Below, piece by piece: positions 12,820 through 25,813 of a DNA stretch of 64,000 nucleotides. The position numbers and the translations under genes are program-made. Position 1 is the stretch's first letter; each line of letters opens with the position of its first letter. Source of the stretch: Adineta vaga (taxonomy: Eukaryota > Animalia > Rotifera); NCBI GenBank assembly GCA_021613535.1, contig CP075494.1, positions 1,426,001 through 1,490,000 on the forward strand, written 5' to 3'. The notes under the pieces are model-generated. The model was given only the letters and a program-made list of their open reading frames with translations. It was not told the origin of the DNA and ran no database searches.

Positions 12820-13320
12820 AGAAATTGATGAGTTCTATCGGTTCCAAAAATCAAACTTCGGAAAAAGACCCCCCCTTACTCTTAAAAACGCAAAAAACAC
12901 CTAAAAAACCTCAAAATTTTACAAAAACCCGTGCGGATTCGCCTAACAACCACCTAGTTCGATTCAAAGACTGGTTCAAGATCGAGCTCGACGAGCTCTA
13001 TCGGTTCCAAATATAAAAAATTGCATAAGTTCCCCTCTTACCCCTCAAAATCATCAGAAACCACTCAAACCACCCAAAAAACGCAGGTTTTTTTAACGGA
13101 TTCGCCTCTGGTCCGATTCCAAGTGAACCAACACTGATTCCAGGTCAAGCTCGATCAGCTCTATCGATTTCATCCATAATTAATCCCATTCTTATCTTCC
13201 TTCCCTTTCAAAAACCCCCAAAATCATCCAAATTGGTCGAAAAACTCAGTTTTTCCCATCCCGATTCGCCTGTGAGCTGGTTCCAGGTCGAACCCGACGA
13301 GCTCTATCGATTCCACACGT
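12820..13320. repeat. Degenerate ~150-160 bp tandem repeat (4 units), probably TE-derived
   Basis: GA(C/T)GAGCTCTATCG(G/A)TTCCA recurs at ~12828, 12990, 13153 and 13296, with GATTCGCCT between units. A related motif is at ~4868. Confidence 0.65.
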
Positions 13321-13418
13321 TATTTTTCAATTTTGAAGAATATTTAACTGAGAAATGAGCTGATTACTAATCAATCTGGCATACGTATATTGGAAAAAAT
13401 TTTCCATTGGTTGGCTCA

Positions 13419-14308
13419 GGTACAACTGCACTTTAATGACACCCCTATTGTTATATATGAACAGAACAGGGAAAAAATCTATTGGTGAATCGACCAGCCA
13501 ATTTCGAATAAGAATAATATATGAGAGAAATAGATGGCATAAGAGAACAAACAACTTTATTAAGAAAAAAAAGACAGCTATCAAACAGGATAAATGGAGT
13601 TTATTTGTAAAATAATATTTTCCAGTGGCTTATTGCCGAAGTCTTGTCTCCATACAAATTCTTCCAAGTACATTGGTCGTAACAATCGACACATTCCTGC
13701 TTGTTTCTTCTGCTTTCTTTTCACTGGCATCCAGGTGTTCTCGATGTTTTGAATATGAACAACTGTAACTGAGTCAACAAAACATTTAGAATGATTGACA
13801 GAACTATACGGGTAATTTTGATTGTTTCTCAATGAAGCATAAGCCTTCCATTCATCGGAATGTATGGTTGAACCTACATGAAATCTTGTGTGCCCGTGAG
13901 CTTATGCAGCTTTCTCACGTTTAACTTATCGATATTATTAACACTTATATCAATACTCTTGACTGATTGTTTCATATTTTGTTATGAAATTTGGGAAAAA
14001 AAGCTTTATATATGGTTTCTTCCTTGCAACAGATATTATCCAATTTATTATTCGAAATTATATTCCTTTTTTATTTTAATGGAGATTAATTTGTTTACAA
14101 GCGTTGCAGCTATACTTAAGCTCTTCATCTCTCTTGATCTTATTACAACAATTAGACTTATCAAAATTTCTTTCATTCGTTCTCTTATGCCATCTATTTC
14201 TCTCATATACTATTCTTATTCGAAATTGGCTGGTCGATTCACCAATAGATTTATTCTCTGTTCTGCTCATATATAACAATAGGGGTGTCATTAAAGTACA
14301 GTTGTACC
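13419..14308 (-). mobile_element. Internally deleted Merlin (IS1595/ISXO2-like) DNA transposon with ~140 bp TIRs
   Basis: TIR GGTACAACTGCACTTTAATGACACCCCTATTG... (13419-~13555) is mirrored at ~14170-14308. The internal minus strand reads GSTIHSDEWKAY..SVNHSKCFVD..VHIQNIENTW..YLEEFVWR, the C-terminal half of an IS1595-family DDE transposase. No clean TSD was found. Confidence 0.88.
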
Positions 14309-14635
14309 CAACTAATTTAAAAAATTTCGTAAAAATTTTTACAGGTGGCGCCTTTGTTGTGTATTGAAAATGTAAAAGAAATCGATTCGTTGATTCATTT
14401 GATGCAATTGATAAAAAAAATTTCAAAGATGATTGACGATTGTTTCACAGAAAATTATCAATGATGAAAAAATAAATCGACAAAATATTTTGAGATGAAA
14501 ATATGTTTTTAATAACATTAATAAAAATAAAAATAAATCAAATTTCGAAATATAAAGTTTTCTAGTGAGATTTTAGTATTGTCAAAGGGTGATTTTTATT
14601 TTATTATCTTCAGTAAAGTTTGACTACAAGGTTAT

Positions 14636-15040
14636 GGGCACGGTCAAGCGTTACGGAATTTCATTTTTTCAACTTGTGAGACTTATATCTCTTCGATAAC
14701 AAGACGGATGCTTCTGAAATTTTGGGTATATATGAAGGTTTACTAGCTCTATCAACGCTGAAAATTTCACTGAGTTACCGCAAGCCGTAGTGAAGTTATT
14801 TGAAAAACATCGTTCGTTACGGAATTTCAAAAAATTGACTAACTTTTGATGGGTGGCTTAGATTTTAGCATTTTTCTACGAAACTAATCTTCTCATAAAT
14901 GGACGTTCTACACAAAAGTTGTTCAGTTTTTCACAAGCTCTTAGAATACCATGTCGTTTTCTGTGTTGGACAATCCCTTTAAATAGAGTACCTTAAAAGA
15001 TTGAACGCTACGGAATTTCAAATGTTACGGAATTTCACCT
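14636..15040. repeat. Non-coding TE-like segment with a repeated CGTTACGGAATTTCA motif
   Basis: The motif occurs at ~14649, 14815, 15006 and 15024, resembling subterminal repeats of a DNA transposon. Confidence 0.5.
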
Positions 15041-16079
15041 ATTTTTACGACTTGAATGCAGAAGGTTTCATACATTAAATTTGTTTATCGAAATAAATCT
15101 ATTAGATATTGATATTGCTGGGTCTTTGATAAGTCACAACTTAATCTATCCTATTCGTAGCGATCCAGAAGATAGTTTCCAAGTTTTAGGTTATTTTCGC
15201 GAATGGTATTAACAAAAGTGCAGTACGTTTTCACAATATTTAGGATAAAATTAAATTATTAGTTTCAAAACTGAACTGTTAGTGAATGCTATAAGAAAAG
15301 TAAAGGTGGGTACGGCTAGCATGTATGATTGACCGGAGGGCGTCCGACGAATGACTTGACGTTGATTTTTGGGTCTTATCAGTGTGCTAGGTGTGAGTGG
15401 CAGCTTTTAGGAACTGAAACTATTTTATTCGAAAGCAAAAATAATTCTTTGCGGAATATTTGACGTACTAGGATCTATCAACTAAAAGAGCTGATTAAAG
15501 TGAACACGATGGTACTTCCTCATGACTATATAGTTGAGTAATCCTGAAAGCTGTGATAAACTCGTCAAAATTCGATGTTTGAAAAACACTATTGTCCTCT
15601 TCGGTGGTAGTATTTGGATGCTGTAAATGCTATGCCACTCATATGACTACATTAGTAAACATGGGGAACACGCTGAAACATTGGAAGGATCTAATAGATT
15701 CGTTTCCTTAGAGAAATAGTCCCATACGAATAATTCTTGTGCTTAAAATGCCAAAAATGTTTGTTTGCGTGTTACTTTTTTATGTAAAGCTCTTCTAGAT
15801 ATTGACAACGGTGTCTCTCCTATCCGTCCTTGCTTGTGAAATGTAAACATTTTTTGTTTTACAAAGTTGACGTGTTTTAATATTATTGAAGTATCCACAA
15901 AAATTGACGGGAAACGATAAGGCTGATCGGGTACCAAATCTTGATTTTTCATACAAATGTTCAGAATACTCCAGACTCTCTCAGAAAACGGTCAGCGAAT
16001 CCTGAAGATGAGCATTACTCGTTTTTTAAAAGAAGATATTTGAGTGCCGCAGATTATAAAAGAGTTTGCTGTATCTGTA

Positions 16080-16445
16080 TGATGTTGTTGTTTAGTCGTT
16101 CAGTCGGTTCCGACTCTTCGTAGCTTGATGGACATTTGCGCGCCATGCTTCTCTGTCGTTGAACATCTCTTTGAGTTCTTGAATTCTCTTTTTCATGACT
16201 TCAGTAATAGTGTCCAGTCACCTTGTTTTTTTGTCGACCTCGTTTACAGTTGCCTTCAATTTTTCCAAGCATTAATGTTTTCTCCAATGATTCTTGTCTT
16301 CGCATTATGTGTCCAAAATATTTGACCTTCAACTTCAATATTAATGCTTCCAATGAGATATCTTGTTTCACCCCTTCCAGTATTGAGTGGTTTGTTCTTC
16401 TCGCGGTCCAAGGTATTCTTAGCAGTTTCCTCCAACACCATAATT
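16080..16445 (-). mobile_element. 3' fragment of an RTE/BovB-like LINE
   Basis: Minus strand reads LWCWRKLLRIPWTARRTNHSILE..SLEALILKLKVKYFGHIMRRQESLEKTLMLGKIEG..RGRQK, the RTE C-terminus. It ends in GAAGAGTCGGAACCGACTGAACGACTAAACAACAAC, a typical RTE 3' end. Confidence 0.85.
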
Positions 16446-17203
16446 TAAAAAATGCGGAAACTTCGCATTTTATCCGAGAGTTATGTGTACTGCAAAAAGT
16501 GTATGGGAGAGATGGATCATTCTAGAATTTCTATGCATCAAAATTACCACGAGAAATTTTTCGATGAGCAAGATTTTTCATGTTCAGTTATGAATGAATT
16601 TTTGTATTGGAATCCATCGGGATAACGGTCATATGCAACCTTGTGAATCTCTAAAAGATCTATGATAGATACACATATCAGCATTTTCATAATAGATCAT
16701 CAATATCAATAGGTTTGGAGATCAGGTTTTTCTCTTTTGATAGTCGTTCCGACTAGCTACAAAACCAAGCATTTGGGAAACTCCCAAACTACAGATCATA
16801 TGAAACGTATTTAGGCAATTCGGTGTTAAAATACAGTTTTTGCGCATTTTGAGACCTTTTTTAAGCATTTTTTCATTAGTAAACTACGATTTGACTCAAA
16901 ACCAATATCAGATTCGGAATCAGCGTTAAAAACTGAGTCGATTCATACATGTTTTAAATACTTTTGAGAGAAACTGTTTTTTTAAAAAAACGTTGTATCC
17001 CCCCTCAGGGATGGTCTGGTCAAAAATGACAATTTTTTCGATAGCTCAGCCATTTCTGGAGAGATCATTCTCATCTTCGAACTCGACCGAGATATTGATG
17101 AGACAATTATGTGCACAAAGTTTCAGCTCAATCGAATGTAGTTGTGAAGAGTTATCGTGTAAACGGACGGACGGACACACTGACCGATTTTAGTAGTGTA
17201 CTC

Positions 17204-20169
17204 CAGAGATGGGCAAGTCAGACGTTTTCACAAGTCAAGTCAAGTCAAGTCAATTCACAGGGAAACGAAGTCAAGTCAAGTCAAGTCAATAGTCTTTCAA
17301 GTCAAGTCAAGTCAAGTCAAGTCATGCCAAGCGAAAACTATGAGAAAAAATTCTTTCATATATTTTATTTTTGTCCGAAGGCAATGATTTCGAATTTCTT
17401 TGAAAAAGAAAAAAAGAAGTTTACTACCAAATTTTCACAATAATAGGAAACAAACAAATCTGTTCACAAACATCATGATTACATTTGAACAAAAGACAAA
17501 AAAGAACGAATGATACATTAAAATGTATCAAGCAGTACCACTGTTACATTTCAACATGGTGAGTTGTTCAAGAGTCTTGCGTGACATTCGAGCACGATGA
17601 GAACGAAATAAGAATCCACTTTGTGAGAAGACCCTTTCTACTGCAGCAGATGTTGCTGGTACGCATAAATACTTTGTGGCCAATTTGGCCAAAGTTTTGT
17701 ACGAAGTTGATGATGGGGGATTGAGCAGAATCATACTATCATTATTGGCATCATTGATATATTTCGATATTTCTTCTTGAATATAAGTATACGAATACGA
17801 ATCATCTGGTTTTGCTTTTTTACCATTCTTCAGATCATGTTCGATGTTGGTAAATAAACCTTTTCTTTTGTGTATATTTGGAGACGATAATGATGTATCT
17901 GGAGGTTCTTGTTCTTGATGCTGTTTTTTTACCTTCTCATCATTTGAAAGAAGAGATTCAGATTCATGCACCATTATTACACAATGATCAAACACTAGTT
18001 GTTTAATTTTTACACATAATCGTTCTTTTGTTAAATCACCAAGTGATGATTGTGTAATCCATCGAATTTTGAACATTCCACCAAGAAATGGAGAAAAAAG
18101 AAAAATTGGATCTTTATACAAATTGTAGAATTTGTTGTTCGTTTTAAAATCAACATTAATATCAGTAAGACTAACATCCAATTGTTCAAGTAAACCACCA
18201 AATCTTGATAATAATGAACTTAATAATCCTTCACATAATGCTGTAGTATATTGTACATTATTTTTTTCATTCAGTAAATCCAAATAAATGGCTAAAATAC
18301 TTGGTGCAACAATTGAAATAGATGGAGAGTTTTCAGTTTGAGTAGCTGTCGTTGCTTGTGCAAATAATGAAAATAAATCAACAAATTCTTGTAACATTTT
18401 TAAATCACGTGTAGTCAAACACAAATGTGTATACTTTAATTGACCTAAAACATCATTCAATTCGATAGTTGGTATAGTCAGAATCCGTTCTACTGTCATG
18501 AACTGTGAATTCCACCTTGTAATAACAGCACGAGGAATGGACACCTTCATCAAATCTAATTTTTCTGAAAATTTGGTTGATGTATGTGCAAGTTTCGCAA
18601 TGGCAGAAACCTTTTCCAATGCACTCACAACTGATTTGGCCTCTTTCAGACCATCTTTGATAACGAGTTGAATCGTATTGCAAAACAAGGAATTCGAAAG
18701 ATTTCAGTATTTTCCATTAATCGATTTATTGATTCTTGAATAAGATCTTCAGATGCTACATCAGCAGTTGTTGATAAATCTGTTGTCAATGAATTTGTTG
18801 TTGATAAGTGATCAGATGGATATTCATATTCATCACTTAACGCTCCATCATCAGTTGTATCTAAATCATTTTCATCTTCATTGATTTCATCATCATGATT
18901 TTCAACAAAATATTTTTCAAAACCAGGAATAACAATATTTTGAAATGCATTAATATTATTTGCTGCATTATCAGTAACTAAACGAACAACCTTGTTTTTT
19001 ATGCCAAATAAACTAAGGATTTCTTCATATTTTTCAAGTAATAATGACCCAGAATGAGTACCCCATAATGGTACAAAGCACAAAACATAATTTTTAAAAT
19101 TTCCATCAATAATTGTATGAGCTATAAAACAGGTGAACTATATTAAAAACATTTTTCAATAATAATCCTACCGGTTATTGCAAAAAAAGATCTCATTCTT
19201 CGATCAGTCCATACATCAAGTGCCAAAGATAAGAATTTAGCTGTTGAACAAAATGTGATTAAATGATCATGCATCTTATCGTATAAATTAGGAATTGTTT
19301 TTCGAGTTATAGTTCGTCGATTTACAATGGTAAACTTGGAATCGACTTTGTGCATAAAATTAACAAACGCTGGACGTTCTACAATTGATAATGGTAAACC
19401 CATTGTAATAATTAAATCATTGACAATACCCAAAGACAATTCCATTTGTCGTGGATGATTCGAACCATATGATGCACGATTTGGTGAAGAACTTTTTCTC
19501 AGATAATGATTGGTAATTTTGTTGATTTGTGAAGGTGAGTCGATCTTGCTAGATTGACTCAACCAATTTTCATATTCTTCCTTATGATATTGTCGAACAT
19601 GTCGACTAAAATTGGAAGTAACACCTTGCTTGTCTATAACTCTTTTGGGTTTATTGCATAATAAACATTTAGCAGACCATCTTTTTTTGTCAGTTTCAAT
19701 CTGAAGATCCCCAAAGAATTGATCACGAGCAGATTTAAATATTGTTGAACTTGATGCTAGCCTTTGAGAAGTAGTTGTTGGATTAATCGTTGGTATTACT
19801 TCTACTTCAATTTCATCATTTGATAAAGATGTATCAACAGCACTGTTTTGTTCATTCATTAGATTTCGATCGTCGGTACCGAGGAATTGCAATAACAAAG
19901 GTTACACAACGCAAACGTATTACAAAGATCGCTGATAAACAAATCATTGGGATTTTAGTTTACCAATAGAAATTGGGAAAAACTTTTATTGAACAAAATT
20001 GTAGAATATATATTTCCTGATAAATATAATTTATTCTTAACAAAACTCTTATTCTAATTATATTTTCCTTTTACATTTTGATTCTGTAATATGACTTATG
20101 CAGTACAAAAGAAAAGAGTACATAAAAACCTCTTCATATATGTTTTTTGACTTGACTTGCCCATCTCTG
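17204..20169 (-). mobile_element. Near full-length hAT transposon (BED-finger transposase, one frameshift)
   Basis: 17 bp TIRs CAGAGATGGGCAAGTCA / TGACTTGCCCATCTCTG and an AAGTC subterminal array at 17231-17325. The flanking 8-mers do not match. Confidence 0.93.
17528..19859 (-). pseudogene. hAT transposase (ZBED-like), frameshifted
   Basis: BED finger (AKCLLC..TSNFSRHVRQYH), LDVWTD, intron 19122-19171, VTDNAAN, TRWNS, PATSAAVERVFS. A 1-nt deletion at ~18679 breaks CFA[H]TIQL. Confidence 0.9.
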
Positions 20170-20627
20170 GCTGTAATTATTGATAAACTTTTCAAACATT
20201 GTTCATTATCATCACCATCTTGTTTAGAGCAGTTGACATTGAAATTTGATGCACATGTACGTCTTTGACTTATTATCAATGATTTAGTCGTTGATATTCG
20301 AAAAATATTTGATCGTTTCTTAGTACAATCGTTTCAATTTACATTGCCAACAAAATTGAGCATTCCAACAAGAAAATAAAAATACACGAACTACATCTAC
20401 ATTAACGATGAATTTGACTGACTTCGAGCGCCATCTTCTTGTCTTTCATAAATAAATAAATAAATATAAACCTTCTTTAACTAATGCGGAGGTGATGTCG
20501 ATTACCTAGAAACGAAGTTATAGTCGTTGAACACAAATGGAGTAAACATATCTCAACGTATAAATCATACAAAATCGAAATAAGTGTTGTTTATACTTTG
20601 ATCTTTTCTAAAATAGTTGCAGCAATA

Positions 20628-22396
20628 ATGATTACAATTCGAGAAAGAAAACGACTGAAATCTCATCATGTAATCAACAATCAACCATATAATCAATTTG
20701 AAAATCTATCAAATGATATAATTATTGAAATCTTCGATTATCTTGATGAGCATAAAATTCGAAAAGCATTTCATGGTCTCAATCAGCGTTTCTCTCAACT
20801 GATTGATTATTGTCCTACTCGATCAATGTCACTCGCTTTCATCCGACATGATAACTCAAAAATAGAACAATATTGTAATGAACTAATCCTATCGAACAAA
20901 AGTCGAATTCGATCTTTGAAACTTTCTGATGTAGATCTAATTGAAAAACTATTGTCAAAGTGTGTACTCGACGAATCTTTCATCCGTCTTGAATCCATTT
21001 CATTGTATGATTATAATTTACAAAACTCATTACTTCAATTACATAAACTTCCTATAATGCCTCGACTTAAGGTATTAAAAATTAGATCAAATCTATCGAA
21101 ACTCTTAAGTAGTGCACTAGATGATGTCTATTCTGTGATACTTCAATCATCAACTCTGATGTCCTTAACTATAGAAAACTCGTATCCAAGTATGGAAAAA
21201 CGATTTCTCAAACGATTAAATATTGGTAGTGGACAAACTAACATTGAAGTCTTTACATGTTTTCATCCAATTCAATTATCACAATTACAACTTTTACTTG
21301 AGAGAATGCCAAAGCTTCGTTCTCTTAAAATCAATCAGGTTCACTCAGATTCAAACAGCAAAACTGAGTTATTCGTAACGTCTGAATTGCGTCAATTGAC
21401 AATATTATCTATAGAATGTGATTCAATCGATTTGTATACTGCACAAAAATTGATCGTTGGGTTCGGTGCTACGATAAAATATTTAAAACTGAGAGTTTCA
21501 CTTTTGAAATTTATCAATGATGAGAGTAAATGGATGAAATTCTTAAACGAAAATTTACCTCAATTAGAGAAATTAAAAATTCAATTACCACACGATGCTG
21601 ACGAACTATATGGAATATTGAATGATTTTCGAAAATTATTGTTGAATCTATTGAAGATGTCGAAATGGAACGAAGAATTATGGGACATCATTTTCAATAT
21701 ACTTATGACAGAAGATAATATTATTCTTGGCTTCAAAAAGTATTTTTTACAAGAAAATGAAATCAAACATGTTTTTGAATTGTTCTATTTAGGAAAAACA
21801 TATCAACATTAGCAGCGTCAAAATTCACATTAGAAATGAGTGATACTGATACGGAAAAAAATATATACTGTCATCTGCATGATATTGTCAAACCATCATT
21901 CAAATCACCATCTCTTCATTTACATATAACTGGATACAATTATGAAGTTTATAATTTACCATTGATCACAGGATTTTTGACGAATCTTAGTGAAATAACT
22001 ATTGATAGTTTAGCAGGATCCCGTTCATATAGTTTGGAAACAGCTGCTGAGGAAGACTTTACTCATAATAATGTACATTTGATGAGAATTAATTGTGTAT
22101 TATGTTCAAGAAGACTTTCTCTCTTATTGAAATGGTTTCCATCGATTCAATGGATTGAAATTCAATTAGATGGCTACTGTAATGAACTGCAATCAAGAGA
22201 AATAATACATACGGTAATAAAAATGATAGGCAAAAAAATGCGTCTGAAGGCGATTTTCTTTATAAAAAAGAAACGCGATGAAACAATCGAATGGATGCGA
22301 GAAACTATAAATCGAGAGAATGATTATAGTGAGTACGATGCGTCTAGAATGTATTCGATTGAAGAGAAATCAGATTCGATTGTATTACAATGGTAA
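20628..22396 (+). CDS. F-box/LRR-like protein (2 exons)
   Basis: FENLSNDIIIEIFDYL..AFHGLNQRFSQLI F-box followed by LRR-like segments. An intron at ~21740-21792 joins ORFs 20598-21812 and 21836-22396. Confidence 0.8.
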
Positions 22397-22477
22397 TAAA
22401 CTGGAACCATAACGATATTTGTGTATGATAATAAAAACTGATCGAACAATAGCAAATTATATTCATATCGCAGTATG

Positions 22478-22541
22478 GAGGGTGTGGGTGGGTCAAGCTA
22501 TACTCTTCACCCACCCCCACCCCACATCGACACCTTCAAGA
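22478..22541. repeat. TLP element, core GGTCAAGCTATACTCTT
   Basis: GAGGGTGTGGGTG-ggtcaagctatactctt-CACCCACCCCCACCCCAC...CACCTTCAAGA. Confidence 0.9.
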
Positions 22542-22808
22542 CAAAGAATCTGCCCCGAGAGGATTAATGAAACTGCGTATTCATCTGTAAGCTGTTTACT
22601 TCCTTTTTTATTCTTTTGTTTGACTATTGATAATATATCAATGGCGTAGGCGAAGTATTTTTTTCTTTCGTTCTCCACTTTATATCATAAGCAACTTTTA
22701 ACAGCATACATCCGAGAGAGAAACCAAAAGACAAAATACTCTGCTTACGCTATTAAAGTATATTGATTTTATATAATGCATGTCATTCAATAAAAACTGT
22801 TTTGCACA

Positions 22809-23960
22809 ATGGCTAATCGAAATATATCATGTTTGATAAATGTTTGTCAAAATAACGGCAAACTTCTTCTTTTGGTCAATGATACAACAACAATATCATA
22901 TTGTTTATGTAATAGATGTTTTACGGGTAATCAATGTGAAATTGAAAAATATTCAAAAAATCTTTGGATCTATGGTATATCAAAAGAAAATGCAAAATAT
23001 TATAATCCATATAATGAAACAATTATACTCGCTATACTTGGTATAATATCCTTTATAAGTAATCTACTATCATTACAAACCTTTTTATTTTCTAAAAAAA
23101 TCCGTATAACTAATCTTGGTATATATTTAATTTTATATTCATTAACTGGTTTAATTATCAGTATTATACAAAGTGTATTTTCACTAATGAATTTAATTTC
23201 TAATTTTAAAGAAGTATCAAAAGTAAACCATTTGATCCAATGTGCATTTATACGTTTATTTGTTAATTCATTAAATTTTTGTCTGTATTGGCTTTGGTTA
23301 TATATTGCAGCTGAACGTGTTTTTATTCAATATTCATTTGTTAGTCTTTATGATTCAAGACGACGTTCATTTATTTCTTCTATATTACTCTTTATATTCC
23401 TACCATTATCAAATCTCTTACCGATTTTATTTGGTCGAAAAGGCTATAGTTACAATTCTTATGACTTTTGTGTATTAAATTTTACCTCAATTGGTTATAA
23501 ATTTTATTTGATATTTCTTTATATTAATTATATAGCTTCACCACTTTCATTTTCAATTGCATGTGTATTTATCTTCAAGCATCTCGTTGAACATCGTACC
23601 AATTTAGTCAACAGTGAATCAATTCGTTCCTCATTGGCTTTAATTGCATCGAAACATTATGATTTTTTTCTGCCGCCACTAGTCTATACTCTATTGAGTA
23701 GTCCGCATTTTATATTGGATAAATCGATGAATTGTTTACGAGCAGATTCCGTAGCAGTATCAAGTGCAAAGACTATAACACAGCTATTAGGTAATTATGC
23801 ATTGGCATTAACATTTTTTATCTACGTTTATTTGTCAAACGTATGTTTCAATGAATTTTGTCAGACATCTCCTGTTGGACGCTTTTTAATTTATGTTGAA
23901 AAACGTTTTATAAACCTAAAGAAGCAACGGTTGTTAAGTGTTTTTTTTATAAATAAATAG
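22809..23960 (+). CDS. EGF-domain + rhodopsin-like 7TM receptor
   Basis: CQNNG..CLC..CFTGNQCE EGF, followed by seven hydrophobic segments with SNLLS in TM1 and IAAERV at the DRY position. Confidence 0.85.
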   Translation: MANRNISCLINVCQNNGKLLLLVNDTTTISYCLCNRCFTGNQCEIEKYSKNLWIYGISKENAKYYNPYNETIILAILGIISFISNLLSLQTFLFSKKIRITNLGIYLILYSLTGLIISIIQSVFSLMNLISNFKEVSKVNHLIQCAFIRLFVNSLNFCLYWLWLYIAAERVFIQYSFVSLYDSRRRSFISSILLFIFLPLSNLLPILFGRKGYSYNSYDFCVLNFTSIGYKFYLIFLYINYIASPLSFSIACVFIFKHLVEHRTNLVNSESIRSSLALIASKHYDFFLPPLVYTLLSSPHFILDKSMNCLRADSVAVSSAKTITQLLGNYALALTFFIYVYLSNVCFNEFCQTSPVGRFLIYVEKRFINLKKQRLLSVFFINK

Positions 23961-23997
23961 TTATTCTCTGTAACGTTCTTCAATAGAATGTCATATG

Positions 23998-24046
23998 CTT
24001 GAGGGTGTGGGTGTGAGTGGGTCAAGCTATACTCTTAACCCACACC
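23998..24046. repeat. TLP element, core GGTCAAGCTATACTCTT
   Basis: CTTGAGGGTGTGGGTGTGAGTG-ggtcaagctatactctt-AACCCACACC, the same 17 bp core as the element at 22478. Confidence 0.9.
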
Positions 24047-24117
24047 AAAAACCAGTTCTATGTCATCACTTAATAAAATATAGATATATATAATAATTAT
24101 TCAATAAAATTCATATT

Positions 24118-25580
24118 TTAATAATGATCTGAAAAACAAGAACTTTTATCTATAGTAAACATTTGAACACGATAATTTTCAGTATCCGCGACATATAAAT
24201 TACCATGCTGATCAAATGCTAAATCTTTTGGACGTGCTAGTTGATATGGTTGATTGCCCGATCCTCGTCCACCAATAATAACAGTACCTGATCGAGAATC
24301 TTTAAGCCATCGCATAATACGTTGATTACCCCATTCAGCAACATAGACAGTACCCATTTGATCAACAACTACGGCAAAAGGTTCATTTAACTGATTATTC
24401 CCAATTCCTCTTCCATTTCCACCAGCTACGACAATACCTTGTTTAGCACCAACAGGCCACTTCATGACACGACTATTGTGAGAATCGGCTACAAAAACAG
24501 AATGATCTCGATCGACAAATAATCTAACAGCATTCGATAGTTGATTTAGTTCAGATCCTTGTCCGTTTCCACCAGCGACTAACTGATCACTTGGCCATTT
24601 TGTTACACGACCATCATCATAACTTGAATCATATAATGATCCTTCACTATCCATTGCCATTCCATAACATGAAACATTCATTACAAGTGTCTGTGCTTGA
24701 TTGTCATTGTTCAACCATCGTTGTACTCGTCTATTATTTTGATCACAGATAAACATAGTGCCATTCTTACTAACAACAAGACTTGATACACGATCTAATT
24801 GATCACTTCGATTACCTGGACCATTACCACCAGCCACTACTTGACCACTCGAAACTCCACGTATCCATTTCATGACTCGATTATTATTGGCATCGGCAAT
24901 ATAAATTATATCATCATCATCAACAAATATTCCCTTTGGATCATCGAGTTGATTCAATGCAGATCCTCGTCCATTTCCTCCAGCTACAGTAATTCCATTA
25001 GTGTTCCATGTTGCACTCGCACAAATACCATCATCCGGTATCGGTGGTGTTGGAAGAGCTAGATGAGAAATATAAAAACACATATTATATTATATTCTCT
25101 ATCTACACTTGTTATTACTTACTTGTTGTTGATGGAAACATCGGTGGACACATAGCTTCACTGGCCATTCTCATTGGATAACATATTGGATGCCTATTAT
25201 AGCATCGTGGATGTTTAATACATACATAATCACGATAATAACATGATTGATTATAATTAATACATGCAACAAATTCGGAACAAGCTGTATAAAGATAACC
25301 ACATAAAGTATTATTATTATTGTTAGAAGCTGGATAAAGACAACCACATGCTGGGTTTACAGAACATCTATCATATTGAGAAGCATCATGACATGTTTGA
25401 CCTTTGATTCGACCTACTAATACAATAGAACAGATGGGGAATATATGAAAGTATGTTATAAAATTCTAAACACATACTTGTAAAACTGAAAACAATTTCA
25501 AAATAATATTATTAAAAAAAACAAGTAAATGATATAACTTACCTAAGAATTACAGTTAAAAATACGATCACTTTCGGCAT
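24118..25580 (-). CDS. Secreted NHL-repeat protein with N-terminal Cys-rich domain
   Basis: Signal exon MPKVIVFLTVIL, a Cys-rich exon at ~25122-25416, and an NHL exon with repeated VAGGNG.G..QL..P..YIAD.NN.RV units. Confidence 0.9.
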
Positions 25581-25762
25581 CGTTGTAATTGATTTGTTTA
25601 TGCCATTCTAATTCATCAATATTCGTGATGAGATAGAAACCATCTGTTACTCTTTTATGATAACTGACTTTTTTTTTCAAGTTTAATCTATTCAAAAAGA
25701 AAAATCAATAAAGAAAATATATTAATACCAGAACGACAATGTAACTACGCAATAAAGGATAT

Positions 25763-25813
25763 GCGGGGTGGGCGTGGGTGATTAAAGAGAAAACACCGTC
25801 ATCACTCACGCTC
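25763..25813. repeat. TLP element (degenerate)
   Basis: GCGGGGTGGGCGTGGGTG-attaaagagaaaacaccgtca-TCACTCACGCTC. Confidence 0.55.

Noticed and set aside
13327-14426. Several hydrophobic ORFs (13327, 13878, 14076, 14104)
   Set aside because: They are read-throughs of the Merlin TIRs. Their mirrored peptides come from the inverted repeat.
16450-17200. Possible Helentron/DINE-like repeat (GACGGACGGAC) left of the hAT
   Set aside because: Only the microsatellite-like motif is visible, and boundaries and diagnostic hairpins could not be established.
17111-17443. ORFs with SSQVKSSQV repeats
   Set aside because: These are translations of the AAGTC subterminal repeats of the hAT element.
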